Positions 52,315 through 62,669 of a stretch of 64,000 nucleotides of DNA are shown here, piece by piece. The stretch comes from Candidatus Bathyarchaeota archaeon. GTDB taxonomy: Archaea > Thermoproteota > Bathyarchaeia > 40CM-2-53-6. The DNA is taken from NCBI GenBank assembly GCA_963753065.1, contig CAVWAQ010000002.1, positions 74,185 to 138,184 on the forward strand, given 5' to 3'. The translations under genes were made by a program, and so were the position numbers. The notes under the pieces are model-generated. The model searched no databases. It had not been told where the DNA came from and was given only the letters and a program-made list of their open reading frames with translations. Each line of letters opens with the position of its first letter. Positions within the stretch are counted from its first letter, which is position 1.

Positions 52315-53244
52315 TTACTTCCGTCTTCGAGGCAGTTGCTTTCGCCGCGATCTATAAGTCCAGCTGGCCCCCACGGCGATCACGAAAGTAACCAGAACTA
52401 TCACAAACATCAGCAACGGTTCGAGACCGCTGGAAACGTCGATTCTTATGGTATCTCCCTGTGCCTGAGCTAGGCCGGCGACGGACAACGTGGCGTTGTA
52501 CTTGTAGAAGGCATGCGCGGTGAATTGTGCACCCTCGATTGGAACGACTGTCATCGTTAGATCCTTAGGGGGAGCAAGATCGTAGCTCCATACCGTCGAG
52601 CTGCTGGTGAAGTTGTATCCCTTTTCCCAATTCGCGATCGGCGGCAGAATGTTACTGAAGTCAAGAAGCATCATGTTCCCTGCACCCTCGGAAGCGAGTG
52701 AACCCTCCGTGTCTGCTCCGCCGGTCAGATAAGTGACTGTCTGGATCGTTTCGTTCAGAGGCGCTTCTGCAAACTTCACGTACTTCTCAAAGATGGGTTT
52801 GACGTATGTCCCTCCTATCAGGTTGTAGCTCACGTTTCCAAGCCTAAGGTCGTCGGACACTTTGAAGCGAACCCACGAGCAGTTAACATCCAAGAGGTTC
52901 CCACTTTGAGAGGCAACTCCGTTCACATCGAATCGAATTGAGACATTTATCCAGCCGCTGTCAGATCTTAGCTCGCCTGAAAGTGAGGAGATCGAAATGT
53001 TTTCAGCTGTGCTCTTGAGGCTCTTCTCTATCGCGGATGATAGATTCTGAGCTGCTGCACCTGTGAATTTCTCGCTGATGCTTGGTATTGCAGTGGCATT
53101 TTGATAGACTTGGAGGGACAGTTCAACGGATACCTTGCCGTCATGAATCGTGTAGTTCACTGACGAGGCGTGTGCGGTAGCGGCAGACCAGGAGAATGCC
53201 AGTACTGTGAGCAAGCAGATTGCGAGGATTGTTTGTCGTTGCAT
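52315..53244 (-). CDS. Secreted, C-terminally anchored hypothetical protein
   Basis: Signal peptide ending AHA-S; C-terminal TM followed by a basic tail. Confidence 0.75.
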   Translation of the reverse strand: MQRQTILAICLLTVLAFSWSAATAHASSVNYTIHDGKVSVELSLQVYQNATAIPSISEKFTGAAAQNLSSAIEKSLKSTAENISISSLSGELRSDSGWINVSIRFDVNGVASQSGNLLDVNCSWVRFKVSDDLRLGNVSYNLIGGTYVKPIFEKYVKFAEAPLNETIQTVTYLTGGADTEGSLASEGAGNMMLLDFSNILPPIANWEKGYNFTSSSTVWSYDLAPPKDLTMTVVPIEGAQFTAHAFYKYNATLSVAGLAQAQGDTIRIDVSSGLEPLLMFVIVLVTFVIAVGASWTYRSRRKQLPRRRK

Positions 53245-53342
53245 GGACGAATCTCCGTGACTTTTGTGCGGTGTGGCGCACCCATTGATCATGTGGATAT
53301 ATAAGGTTCAGCCGCTTCGCGCAGAGGAGATCTTGCTGATTC

Positions 53343-53666
53343 TTACCGTATCTTGGTGCCGGGTGGAACGTTTTCGGTCAGAGTGAGCCAGACCGGCTTG
53401 CCATGGTCGTCGGCTGCCAACAGCACGCATTCCGATCTCACACCGGCTACGGTTCTCGGCTCCATATTTGCAACGACTGCTACAAGCTTACCGTCAAGAT
53501 CACTTGGTTTGTAATATTCGGCGCCGCCTAGGATTGCGTAGACGGTTCGATCGCCCAAGTCCACTTTGGCTTTCATGATCTTCTTCATTCCAGGTATGTT
53601 CTCCACAGCAACCAGTTTTGCCACGCGGATATCCAGTCGCTCGAAGTCCTTGAACGTGATACTCAA
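53343..53666 (-). CDS. tRNA-binding OB-fold protein (Trbp111/CsaA/MetRS C-terminal-like)
   Basis: ITFKDFERLDIRV, VANMEPR...GVRSE..LLAA, PGTKIR. Confidence 0.9.
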   Translation of the reverse strand: MSITFKDFERLDIRVAKLVAVENIPGMKKIMKAKVDLGDRTVYAILGGAEYYKPSDLDGKLVAVVANMEPRTVAGVRSECVLLAADDHGKPVWLTLTENVPPGTKIR

Positions 53667-53671
53667 TCACC

Positions 53672-54613
53672 TCATCCTCCGAGCAGTCTGATGATCTCCT
53701 TTGCTACCGTGAGGCTCTCCAGTCGCTGGCATTCTTGTGTCTGAGCGCCAACGTGTGGAGTGCAGACAGAACGACCGTCTCTCAATGCGACAAGTTCCTT
53801 CTCCCAATCCTCTTTCGGTGGCTCATCATGGAAGACATCAAGTCCGACGCCACCGATTCTCCCCTCCTTAAGAGATTCAAGCAAAGCTCTTCCGTCGACG
53901 ATATCCCCTCGAGATGCGTTGATCAGTATGGCGCCCTGTTTCATGCGACGCATCCTTGAGCTGTCTATCAAGTGACGAGTGGAAGGAAGGTATGGAACAT
54001 GGATTGTCACGATATCAGCCCTTTCGACCAGAGAGTCGAGATCCCGTGCGATCTCGAATCCGAGCTCCTTCGCCTTGCTCGTTAGATCAACTACGTCATA
54101 TCCGATGACCTTCATTCCGAATCCTTGGCCTGCAATTCGAGCGACTTCAGCGCCGATGCGACCGCCGGCTCCGACAACTCCGAGCGTCCTTCCATGGAGT
54201 TCGTGTCCCATCAGCTGGCTCTTCGTCCACTGTGCCTGTTTCATTGCTTGGTCCGCAATGGGAATCTGTCGGAGCAGTGAGAGCATCAAGCCAATAGTGA
54301 GTTCAGCTACGCTCGTGACAGGCGCGGCAGGTGTCGAAAGGACAGTGACTCCGCGCTTCTTCGCGGCCTCAAGGTCGATGTTATCAAGCCCAACTCCTGA
54401 TCGAGCGATCGCTTTCAACGAGGAAGCAGCAGCTATGACCTCCGCCGTTATCTTGGTTCTTCCTCTGACAACAAGCACATTGAAGTTCTTTGCATCCGCC
54501 AGAAGCTCCTCCTTGGTTATCTTTGGTTTCTCAACAACATCATAACCCGCTTCTCGCAGGAGCTTCACGCCATCTTGGTGAATGGCATCGCAGATCAAGA
54601 CTCTGAGCTGCAC
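53672..54613 (-). CDS. D-2-hydroxyacid dehydrogenase (SerA-like, no ACT domain)
   Basis: RSGVGLDNID, SVAEL, HVP, INASRG, LDVF..EP, TPHVGAQT. Confidence 0.88.
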   Translation of the reverse strand: MQLRVLICDAIHQDGVKLLREAGYDVVEKPKITKEELLADAKNFNVLVVRGRTKITAEVIAAASSLKAIARSGVGLDNIDLEAAKKRGVTVLSTPAAPVTSVAELTIGLMLSLLRQIPIADQAMKQAQWTKSQLMGHELHGRTLGVVGAGGRIGAEVARIAGQGFGMKVIGYDVVDLTSKAKELGFEIARDLDSLVERADIVTIHVPYLPSTRHLIDSSRMRRMKQGAILINASRGDIVDGRALLESLKEGRIGGVGLDVFHDEPPKEDWEKELVALRDGRSVCTPHVGAQTQECQRLESLTVAKEIIRLLGG

Positions 54614-54852
54614 TGGTGAGACCTCGTCAACGATAGTCCACTTGCTGTAATATCGTTTTCCGCACCCGGAATTGGCGGGAATCCTTAGGGCCCAACGAGG
54701 CGGTCGTTGAGTCACTCAGAAGCCGACAGAAGCTTTCGTGTCAGACTACCCGGATCAAAGGGTATTTCACAGTCATGGGCCGACGCTACGGAACATTCTG
54801 AAGGCTTAAGTTTGTGCACGGCCGTCCGTGTCTGATCAGGGTTGGTTCGAAG

Positions 54853-55552
54853 ATGAGTCAAAGCAAGGTTTCTCCACCTTTGGTTCTCGTCAACTTCAAA
54901 TGCTATCTCGATGCGACGGGAGACAGGGCGGTTCAGCTGGCAAAATATCGCAGAGCAGGCTAGCAAGAAGTTCGGCGTGACGGTGGCGGTTGCTCCTCAG
55001 ACTGCAGATCTTAGACTCGTTTCGCAACAGACGAAGATCCCAGTATTCGCTCAACATATCGATCCGATCAAGCCCGGATCGCACACCGGGCATGTACTCG
55101 CTGAATCGGTGCTCGGAGCAGGCGTCTCCGGTGTCCTCATCAATCACTCCGAACGAAGACTCGAAGCCGGGATAATCGAGGACACCATCACAAGAGCCAG
55201 AGGTCTCAAACTTACAACGGTGGTTTGTGCGAACACATCCGCAATCGCCGCGGCAGTCGCATCGCTCGGTCCCGACATGATAGCCGTGGAACCGCCAGAA
55301 CTCATCGGGAGCGGAGTAGCTGTCTCGAAAGCTAAGCCGGAGATAATCACGGACACGGTCTCGAGAATCAGAAGTATCAGTAACGATGTCGTCATACTTT
55401 GCGGTGCAGGCATCACCTCCGGAGAGGATGTCAAGGAAGCGCTCCGTCTTGGCACTCAAGGAGTCCTCGTAGCAAGTGGGATCGTCAAGGCCAAGAATCA
55501 GGCTGCCGCGATCGAAGACTTGGCGGGGGCCTGCCGGCGAGCCGGGAAGTAG
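54853..55552 (+). CDS. tpiA: Triosephosphate isomerase (archaeal type), +1 frameshift near 54943
   Basis: LVNFKCY in the upstream frame; AQHID, GSHTG, NHSE, AVEPPELIG, LVASG. Confidence 0.92.
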
Positions 55553-55635
55553 GCCATGTCATCAGAATTGCCGAAATAATTGTTTACTTATCTAGGGCTA
55601 GCATGAGAATGTTCGATCTCTCGGATGTGGCGTGA

Positions 55636-56556
55636 GTGCAATTTCAGCAGCTCCTCGAGGAGAAACGAAATGTCGTAAACGATCGCATAGACGAGATCCT
55701 CTCATCCGGCTTCGAGCAGAACGAGGCAAGTGAGCTCGTCAGATACACGTTCAAGACAGGGGGCAAACGTCTGAGACCTACGATGGTTCTGCTTGCCGCA
55801 GAGGCCGTGGGAGGACAGGAGAAGCCTGCGGTTAACGCAGCAGTTGCGGTGGAGTTCGTGCATGCGGCATCGTTGATCTTCGACGATCTGATTGACAAAG
55901 ACAGGGTTCGGAGGAGTGTCCCTACCCTGAATGTCGCGTTCAATAACGATAGGGCAATCAGCGCGGGACTTTTTCTGGCGTCGAAGGGCATACAGGTTCT
56001 GTCGGACTACAAAGATCCCAAAGTCATGAGGATGATAGGGTGGGCTCTCGTCGACCTCAGCCAAGGCGAGATACTCGACGTCATCTCTGAGATCGCAATA
56101 GATGTCAAGCACTATCTCAACATCGCAGACCTGAAGACAGGAGCACTTTTCGGCGCATCCGCCGGGATAGGCGGCCTCATTGGCGGCGGATCTCCAGAGG
56201 AAGTCAGCGCCTTGTACAACTATGGAAGAGCGGTCGGTGTCGCCTTCCAAATCCGAGACGACATAATGGACCTAACCGGCAATGGCAACTCCTCCAAGCA
56301 AGAACGGGCTAATCTGGTGCTAGCTCACTACCTAGGGGACACAGCACGACAGGATCGCATGACTCAGATGTTGGATCATAACGAGAACAAGAGTGACCCA
56401 ACTGACGCATTACGTCAGAAAGCCGTGGACTTCGCAAGGCACGCGTCAGCAGAATATGTTCAGAAAGCGAAATCTGAGATCGCGGCTCTGAGAGACGGGG
56501 ACGGAAAGGCAGCGCTGGAAGAGCTTGCTACTTTCGCCCTCGAGCGACAGGCCTAA
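55636..56556 (+). CDS. Polyprenyl diphosphate synthase (GGPP synthase-like)
   Basis: GGKRLRP, SLIFDDLID...RR, GEILD, KT, FQIRDDIMD. Confidence 0.9.
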   Translation: MQFQQLLEEKRNVVNDRIDEILSSGFEQNEASELVRYTFKTGGKRLRPTMVLLAAEAVGGQEKPAVNAAVAVEFVHAASLIFDDLIDKDRVRRSVPTLNVAFNNDRAISAGLFLASKGIQVLSDYKDPKVMRMIGWALVDLSQGEILDVISEIAIDVKHYLNIADLKTGALFGASAGIGGLIGGGSPEEVSALYNYGRAVGVAFQIRDDIMDLTGNGNSSKQERANLVLAHYLGDTARQDRMTQMLDHNENKSDPTDALRQKAVDFARHASAEYVQKAKSEIAALRDGDGKAALEELATFALERQA

Positions 56557-56563
56557 TCGCCCG

Positions 56564-56716
56564 TTAGTCTTCGGAGAAGTTCTCGCTTCCGCAGACCTTG
56601 CATTTCCACTTGTAGACGATCTTTCCATTCTTCAGAAGAAGTTCAACGTCCGTGGCGTACTGCTGCTTGCACTTTGGGCACCACATGTGCGTCATTCCGG
56701 GCGATTTCCACGTCAT
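56564..56716 (-). CDS. 50-aa zinc-ribbon protein (not in ORF track)
   Basis: MTWKSPGMTHMWCPKCKQQYATDVELLLKNGKIVYKWKCKVCGSENFSED. Confidence 0.7.
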   Translation of the reverse strand: MTWKSPGMTHMWCPKCKQQYATDVELLLKNGKIVYKWKCKVCGSENFSED

Positions 56717-56870
56717 GGGAGTTTCATCCAGTCTGAATTGTGATCAGCCAGTGACTTAACGAACCATGCCTGAACCGACATCTCGTTCAATTGATTTGAG
56801 CAATACGCTTTATATCGGTACCGGTAAGTGACCTCACCGTCTGCCGACGACTTCGCTGAGGAAGAGTCGC

Positions 56871-57233
56871 ATGGGGCTTGATGTCTGGAGTCTCGTTGCC
56901 TTATTCGAGGCCGTCGTCTTCCTCGTCGCGTTTCCGCTCTTAGTTTTCGGTTGGCTGATGAGTGCCAAGGGAAAGAATCCGATTAGGGATGCACCGTTCG
57001 AATCAGGCCAAACTCACTTGGGTGAAGCAAGGCAACGCTACATGATGCAATACTACCCGTATCTGATCATGTTCATAGTCTTCGATGTCGTCGCGATGTT
57101 TCTCTTCACTTGGGGGCTGGCCTTCTCAAGTGTATCATCAAGTCAGAACTACCTGTTTCTCATCTTCATAGCGATTCTCGTTGCACCGTTGGGTTACGCG
57201 TCGTATCTCGCGGGAAAGCGGGAGCTCTGGTGA
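56871..57233 (+). CDS. nuoA: Complex I-like subunit A
   Basis: PFESG, QYYPYLIMFIVFDV. Confidence 0.92.
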   Translation: MGLDVWSLVALFEAVVFLVAFPLLVFGWLMSAKGKNPIRDAPFESGQTHLGEARQRYMMQYYPYLIMFIVFDVVAMFLFTWGLAFSSVSSSQNYLFLIFIAILVAPLGYASYLAGKRELW

Positions 57234-58264
57234 CCTTGTCGCAGGCAACGCCAGCACTTCAAGGAATCATCGGTCTTGTCTTGAGGATCATTACTTCGCG
57301 GACTTTTCTCGAGATAGTCTTCTTCCCCGGTTTCCTGAATGTGATGCTGAGTGCTGCTTTTCTGACTTGGCTGGAACGAAAAGTGATTGCTCGGGTCCAG
57401 CTGAGAATAGGGCCCTTGTACGCAGGCATCTCGGGCATCCTCCAACCCATAGCGGACGGCGTCAAATTGATCTTCAAAGAGGCGATCTTTCCCGAACTGG
57501 CCGACACGAAACTGCTCATGCTCTGCGCGCTCGGCCTGATGATGCTCGCGTTTGCACCTGCAGTGGCCATTCCGTTTGGCGAGGGTTTCGTGATCGCAAA
57601 CATGGACGTAGGCCTAGTTTACGTTTTCGCCGTCATGTCATTGTTTCCGAGTGTTATCCTCCTGATTGGTTGGGGGAGCAACAGCAAGTACTCGTTTCTA
57701 GGCGGCTTACGATCCCTATTCCAACAGGTCGCCTACGAGATTCCAATGTGGTTTTCGGTACTCGGGATAGTCATGCTTACCGGTACACTGAACCTTACCA
57801 AGATCGTTGAGGCACAACAGAGACTATGGTTCGTTGTGCCACAAGTCTTAGGATTTGCAGTCTTCTTCACGGCTGCACTGGCCGAGCTTGAGAGGACCCC
57901 ATTCGACTTGCCTGGAGCTGAGACTGAGCTCGTCATGGGATGGATGACCGAACTCAGCGGTGTCCCTTTCATGTTAGGCTTCCTTGCAATGTACACTAAG
58001 CTGTATGTGATGTCGGCATTGATCACCACGCTATTTCTTGGGGGATGGTCCGGCCCCGGCCTCCTGCCTCAACCTGTCTGGTTTCTTCTGAAGACATTTC
58101 TTGTTGCAAGCGTGGTAGTTGTGATCCGTGGAACTTTTCCCAGAGTCAGAGTTGACATTCTGCTCAGGGCTGGTTGGACTAGGTTGCTGCTGTTAGCGAT
58201 CGCGAACATCTTCGTCACTGTTGCGCTGATCTCACTTGGGCTAGACTGGATCTGGAGGATCTAG
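57230..58264 (+). CDS. nuoH: Complex I-like subunit H
   Basis: ERKVIARVQLRIGP, QPIADGVKL, SNSKYS.LGG.R, RTPFDL. Confidence 0.95.
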   Translation: MTLSQATPALQGIIGLVLRIITSRTFLEIVFFPGFLNVMLSAAFLTWLERKVIARVQLRIGPLYAGISGILQPIADGVKLIFKEAIFPELADTKLLMLCALGLMMLAFAPAVAIPFGEGFVIANMDVGLVYVFAVMSLFPSVILLIGWGSNSKYSFLGGLRSLFQQVAYEIPMWFSVLGIVMLTGTLNLTKIVEAQQRLWFVVPQVLGFAVFFTAALAELERTPFDLPGAETELVMGWMTELSGVPFMLGFLAMYTKLYVMSALITTLFLGGWSGPGLLPQPVWFLLKTFLVASVVVVIRGTFPRVRVDILLRAGWTRLLLLAIANIFVTVALISLGLDWIWRI

Positions 58265-58265
58265 G

Positions 58266-58790
58266 ATGCCCGATATTGCCTTCCTCGCCCTCAGCGGTCT
58301 GGTGATCGTGTCAGCTATCTTTGCACTTGAAGCTAGAGAGTTGATCTATGGTGCGGTCGGGCTTGCTTTCTCACTAATCGGCGTGGCCGGTCTGTTCATT
58401 CTCTTAGGCGCTGAGTACGTCGCGATGTTCCAGGTGTCCGTATACGTAGGTGCAGTCGTGGTCTTGATCCTCTTCACGATTATGCTGGTTCGTAGAGAGT
58501 CTGGTAGGATATTGGAGGAGGAAGAACCGGGCCGGCTTGGCCGTGCGGGCATACTTGTCGCTGGCTTGGTCGCTCTCGCTGTGGCAGGGGCCGTTCTCGT
58601 ACTTATGCCGGCCTCCTTGCAGGCGCCAGAGTTCTACCCGTTCTCATTACGAGAACTCGGCCGCCTCTTGGCATCGTCCTACGCAGTTGCGCTCGTGATC
58701 CTTGGACTTCTGGTCGGGGCCACAATTGTTGGCGGTCTAACCTTAGTGAGAGTAGAGCGGGAGGAGAAAACCAGTGGAGCCACTCAGTAG
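58266..58790 (+). CDS. nuoJ: Complex I-like subunit J
   Basis: Q..VYVGAVVVLILF..ML. Confidence 0.9.
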   Translation: MPDIAFLALSGLVIVSAIFALEARELIYGAVGLAFSLIGVAGLFILLGAEYVAMFQVSVYVGAVVVLILFTIMLVRRESGRILEEEEPGRLGRAGILVAGLVALAVAGAVLVLMPASLQAPEFYPFSLRELGRLLASSYAVALVILGLLVGATIVGGLTLVRVEREEKTSGATQ

Positions 58791-59082
58791 CTACATCATC
58801 CTCTCGTCGGCACTGCTTGGAATCGGCATCTATGGCTTAGTCTCCAAGAGGAACGCTATTCGTCTACTCTTCTCTGTGGAGCTAATTGTGAACGCGGCAA
58901 ACATCAACTTCGTTGCATTCGCAAGATACGCTAACCCGCCGATGTTGACTGGTTGGAACATCGTCTTCTTCTCGATCGCCGCGGCCGCTATGGAGGCAAC
59001 AGTGGGCTTGGCCTTGATACTTGTGGCGTTCAGACTCAACGGCACAATTGACGTGCGAAAACTCAACCGTCTGAGAGGATAA
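58774..59082 (+). CDS. nuoK: Complex I-like subunit K
   Basis: GIYG, ELIVNAANINF, AAMEATVGLA. Confidence 0.92.
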   Translation: MEPLSSYIILSSALLGIGIYGLVSKRNAIRLLFSVELIVNAANINFVAFARYANPPMLTGWNIVFFSIAAAAMEATVGLALILVAFRLNGTIDVRKLNRLRG

Positions 59083-59085
59083 TAC

Positions 59086-60552
59086 TTGTTCCCATTGCTT
59101 TTCACATGTGTCTCTCTCCTGTTGATGATCGTGCCTGTAGTGTGGGTTCTCTCGCGACGTTTCGGTGCACACGTCGGATGGATTGCAGCCATCCCATTGG
59201 CGATCTCGACGCTAGTGGCGATCTTCTCGGGTTCTCTTGGAACTGTGGTTGAGGCGTTTCGATGGGAGCCGATCGGTTACTTTGGCTTCAGAGCTGATGG
59301 GCTGAGCATACCGATTCTCTTCACTATCAGCCTACTATGTTCAGTGATCGCAATCTATTCGATGCCGTATATGACTCACAGGCTAGGAAAGGAATCAAAA
59401 GAGTACGGGCTCTATTTCGCGCTGTACTTGCTGTACTCGGCTGGGATGATCGGGGCCGTACTTGCTACCAACCTGATCGAGTTCTACCTCTTTTTTGAGT
59501 TGATGCTGATTCCTTCGTATTTCCTGATCGCTCGATGGGGATACGGCGATCGAGACAGAATTTCGTTCATGTATTTCATGTGGACTCATGTTGGCGCACT
59601 TGCACTCTTGGCTGGAATCCTGACACTGTGGGTCGTCTCCGGAACGTTCGATCTCTCAGCCTTGTCCTCAGCCGTTATTCCCCAACCCTACAGGTTCTGG
59701 ATCACAATCATGATCCTCGCGGGGCTCCTCGTGAAGATGGCGGCCTTTGGAGTGCACGTTTGGCTTCCTCAGGTGCATGCAGAGGCGCCTACTCCGATCA
59801 GTGCCTTGCTATCACCTGCAATGATCGGAATCGGAGGATACGCGATAGTAAGAATCCTCATGACGATCTCCCCCGAATTGATCGGCGCGGTATCCTTCCA
59901 GCTGAGCATATGGGCGCTCATCACAATGGTATATGGCGCGCTCATGGCGCTCGCCCAAGACGACATCAAGCGCCTGATGGCATATTCCAGCATCAGCCAG
60001 ATGGGATACATCCTACTGGGAATCGCTTCAGTCCAAATCGATGGCGTCTCCGGATCGATGCTTCACTACCTGAGCCACGGAATGGGCAAGGGAATCCTAT
60101 TCATGGTCGCCGGAATAATCATAGTTCAAGCTCACGAAACTAGGAGCATATCCAAACTCGGAGGACTCGCAAGAAAAATGCCAGTGACCGCCTCTGCAGC
60201 ACTGATCGGATTCCTAACGATTCTGGGTGTGCCGCCCACTAGCGGTTTCGTTTCGGAGTTTCTGATCTTCTTCGGACTCTTCAACTCAGCAATGCATCCC
60301 ATCATTCTGTCGAAGGTAATTGTGGCGATCGGCGCGGTCGTCTCTACAGCACTCACGGCCGGGTACACGCTTTGGACAATGAAGCGAGTCTTCTTCGGGC
60401 CTTTACCCGCAGAGTTAGCCGAAGTTCGTGAGGCACCCCTGACGATGACCGTCCCACTGATCGTGCTGGCCGCCACCGCGATCTTGGTGGGAATCTTCCC
60501 GGACCCGGTGATCGGCGGCTTGCTCGCTCAGATTTCAAGCATGATCAGATGA
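59086..60552 (+). CDS. nuoM: Complex I-like subunit M, first copy
   Basis: DGLS, FFELMLIP, HVWLP..HAEAP, AYSSISQMG, SHG. Confidence 0.88.
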   Translation: MFPLLFTCVSLLLMIVPVVWVLSRRFGAHVGWIAAIPLAISTLVAIFSGSLGTVVEAFRWEPIGYFGFRADGLSIPILFTISLLCSVIAIYSMPYMTHRLGKESKEYGLYFALYLLYSAGMIGAVLATNLIEFYLFFELMLIPSYFLIARWGYGDRDRISFMYFMWTHVGALALLAGILTLWVVSGTFDLSALSSAVIPQPYRFWITIMILAGLLVKMAAFGVHVWLPQVHAEAPTPISALLSPAMIGIGGYAIVRILMTISPELIGAVSFQLSIWALITMVYGALMALAQDDIKRLMAYSSISQMGYILLGIASVQIDGVSGSMLHYLSHGMGKGILFMVAGIIIVQAHETRSISKLGGLARKMPVTASAALIGFLTILGVPPTSGFVSEFLIFFGLFNSAMHPIILSKVIVAIGAVVSTALTAGYTLWTMKRVFFGPLPAELAEVREAPLTMTVPLIVLAATAILVGIFPDPVIGGLLAQISSMIR

Positions 60553-60562
60553 GAGTTGAAAG

Positions 60563-62663
60563 ATGAACACCATAGTCCCTTGGCTGGTCTGGGCTCTCCC
60601 GATGGTCGGCTCACTACTGGTCGTGCCAATCTCTCGGATCAATCGCAAGGCAGGAAACGCGGTCGCCGCCACGTTTCCTCTACTCGCAGCAATACTGGCA
60701 ACAACGATGATTCCGGATGTCCTCAAGGGTGAGACGCATGATCTGCAACTCCAGTGGATTCCATCTCTCGGAGTGAAGGCCGGGGTCCTTGTCGACCCAT
60801 TGAGCGTGTTGATGTCGAATGTTGTCGCATGGGTTAGCTTCCTCATCGTTGTGTACAGTATCGGCTACATGCGCAGTGAAACCACGCTCACAAGGTACTG
60901 GTTCTTCATCAACTACTTCATCGGAAACATGCTCTTGCTGGTTCTGTCGGACAATCTGTTGCAGCTCATGTTCGGGTGGGAGGGAGTCGGCCTATGCTCA
61001 TACGCTTTGATAGGATATTGGTACACTGACGAGCCTGACAAGTGGGTAGGATCTAAGGGGCACAAGACGTGGGGGGTACCGATGGCGTATCCTCCGAGCC
61101 ATGCCGGACTGAAGGCATTCGTAATGACGAGAATAGGTGACATCGGTCTACTCATCGCCATATTCATCATCTACGCGACCGCAGGCACAATGAACCTAGT
61201 TGAGCTCTCCCGCAACATCAGCTGGGCGGGCGATCTGGCGAGGACGGGCTTCCTCCTGCCTACGGCACTTCTAATGTTGTGGGGTCCAATCGGCAAATCG
61301 GCCCAGATGCCGTTGCACGAATGGTTACCCGACGCGATGGCCGGCCCCACAGCCGTCTCCGCGCTGATCCATGCTGCCACAATGGTGAACGCCGGTGTCT
61401 ATCTGGTCGCACGGACAGGGCCGATCTTCTATAACGCCATTATCACATACGGTCAGCCTTTCACGTTCTTCGAGGTCGTCGGGTGGGTCGGAGCGATCAC
61501 AGCTCTCGCCGCAGCGGCGCAGGCGATAGTCGCAAAGGAACTGAAGAAGACACTCGCCTACTCGACAGCCTCTCAACTAGGATACATGATGCTCGCGATA
61601 GGCGTCGGCGGAATGGGTCTACAATTCGCTGCGGGATACACTGCAGGCCTATTCCACCTGATGAACCACGCCATCTTCAAGGCTGCAGCTTTCATGGCCG
61701 CGGGTGCCATCATCCACTCATGCGACACCCGATTCATGGACGAAATGGGCGGCATCAGGTCGAGTATGAAATTCACATTTGCAGCAATGCTAGTCTCAGT
61801 TCTGGCCTTGTCAGGAGTTCCCCCATTCAGTGGTTTCTGGAGCAAGGACGCCATCTTGGCGAGCCACCTGGGAGGCGGGGCAGTTCTGGCTTTTCTTGAT
61901 CGCAGCAGTGACGGCTACGCTGACATTCATCTACAGTCTGAAGATCGTTGGGTCGGTGTTCCTTGGGCCGAAGAGCGCGCACATCAGAGAACTGGAACAG
62001 AAGGGCTCAGTCATTCATGAGGCTAGCCCTCTGGTGTACATTCCATATGTGCTGCTGGCTGCCACGACCATTGTGATCGGTGTCGCTGGACCATTAGTCG
62101 AGCAGGCGCTTTCCGAATTCCTCAGTAGAGGTCTCGACGTTGCCGCTACGACATCCGGTAGAGCTACAGCTGCCAATCTCCAGTACATCTCGCCTGAGGT
62201 AGCAGTTGCGTTTACGACAATAGTGGTCCTCTTTTCAGGCGGAGCGATCGGATATGTCCTGTACATTTCACGAAGAATTGATCCATCGAAGCTCCTTCAG
62301 AATTCTCTGCTGAGATCCGTGCACGGGTTCCTGTGGAATAGATTGTACGTGAATCCCGCCTACTACATCGGTTTTGTGAACGGCACGTTAGCATTGAGCG
62401 GGTCGCTAAGTCATTGGGTCGAATCCGGGTTTTTCGATCGCATCAACGGGGCGGTTTCTCAACTGTCTGTTGGCCTCTCGAAGAGCGGCGACAGGTTCGA
62501 TCTTGGGGTTGTGGACGGAGCGGTCAATGGAGTGGTCACCACCGGCAAACGTTTCTCCCGTGTTGTCGCAAAGCTCCAGACCGGAGTTGTTCAGCAATAC
62601 TTGCTGGTCTTTGCGTTCGGAGTTTTCTTGATCGTACTTGCGTTGACATTCCTAGGCAAGTGA
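60563..62663 (+). CDS. nuoL: Complex I-like subunit L, +1 frameshift near 61860
   Basis: WEGVGLCSY, GKSAQMPLHEWLPDAMAGPT, HAATMV, GFWSKD; C-terminal LQTG in the next frame. Confidence 0.92.
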
Positions 62664-62669
62664 CTACTC

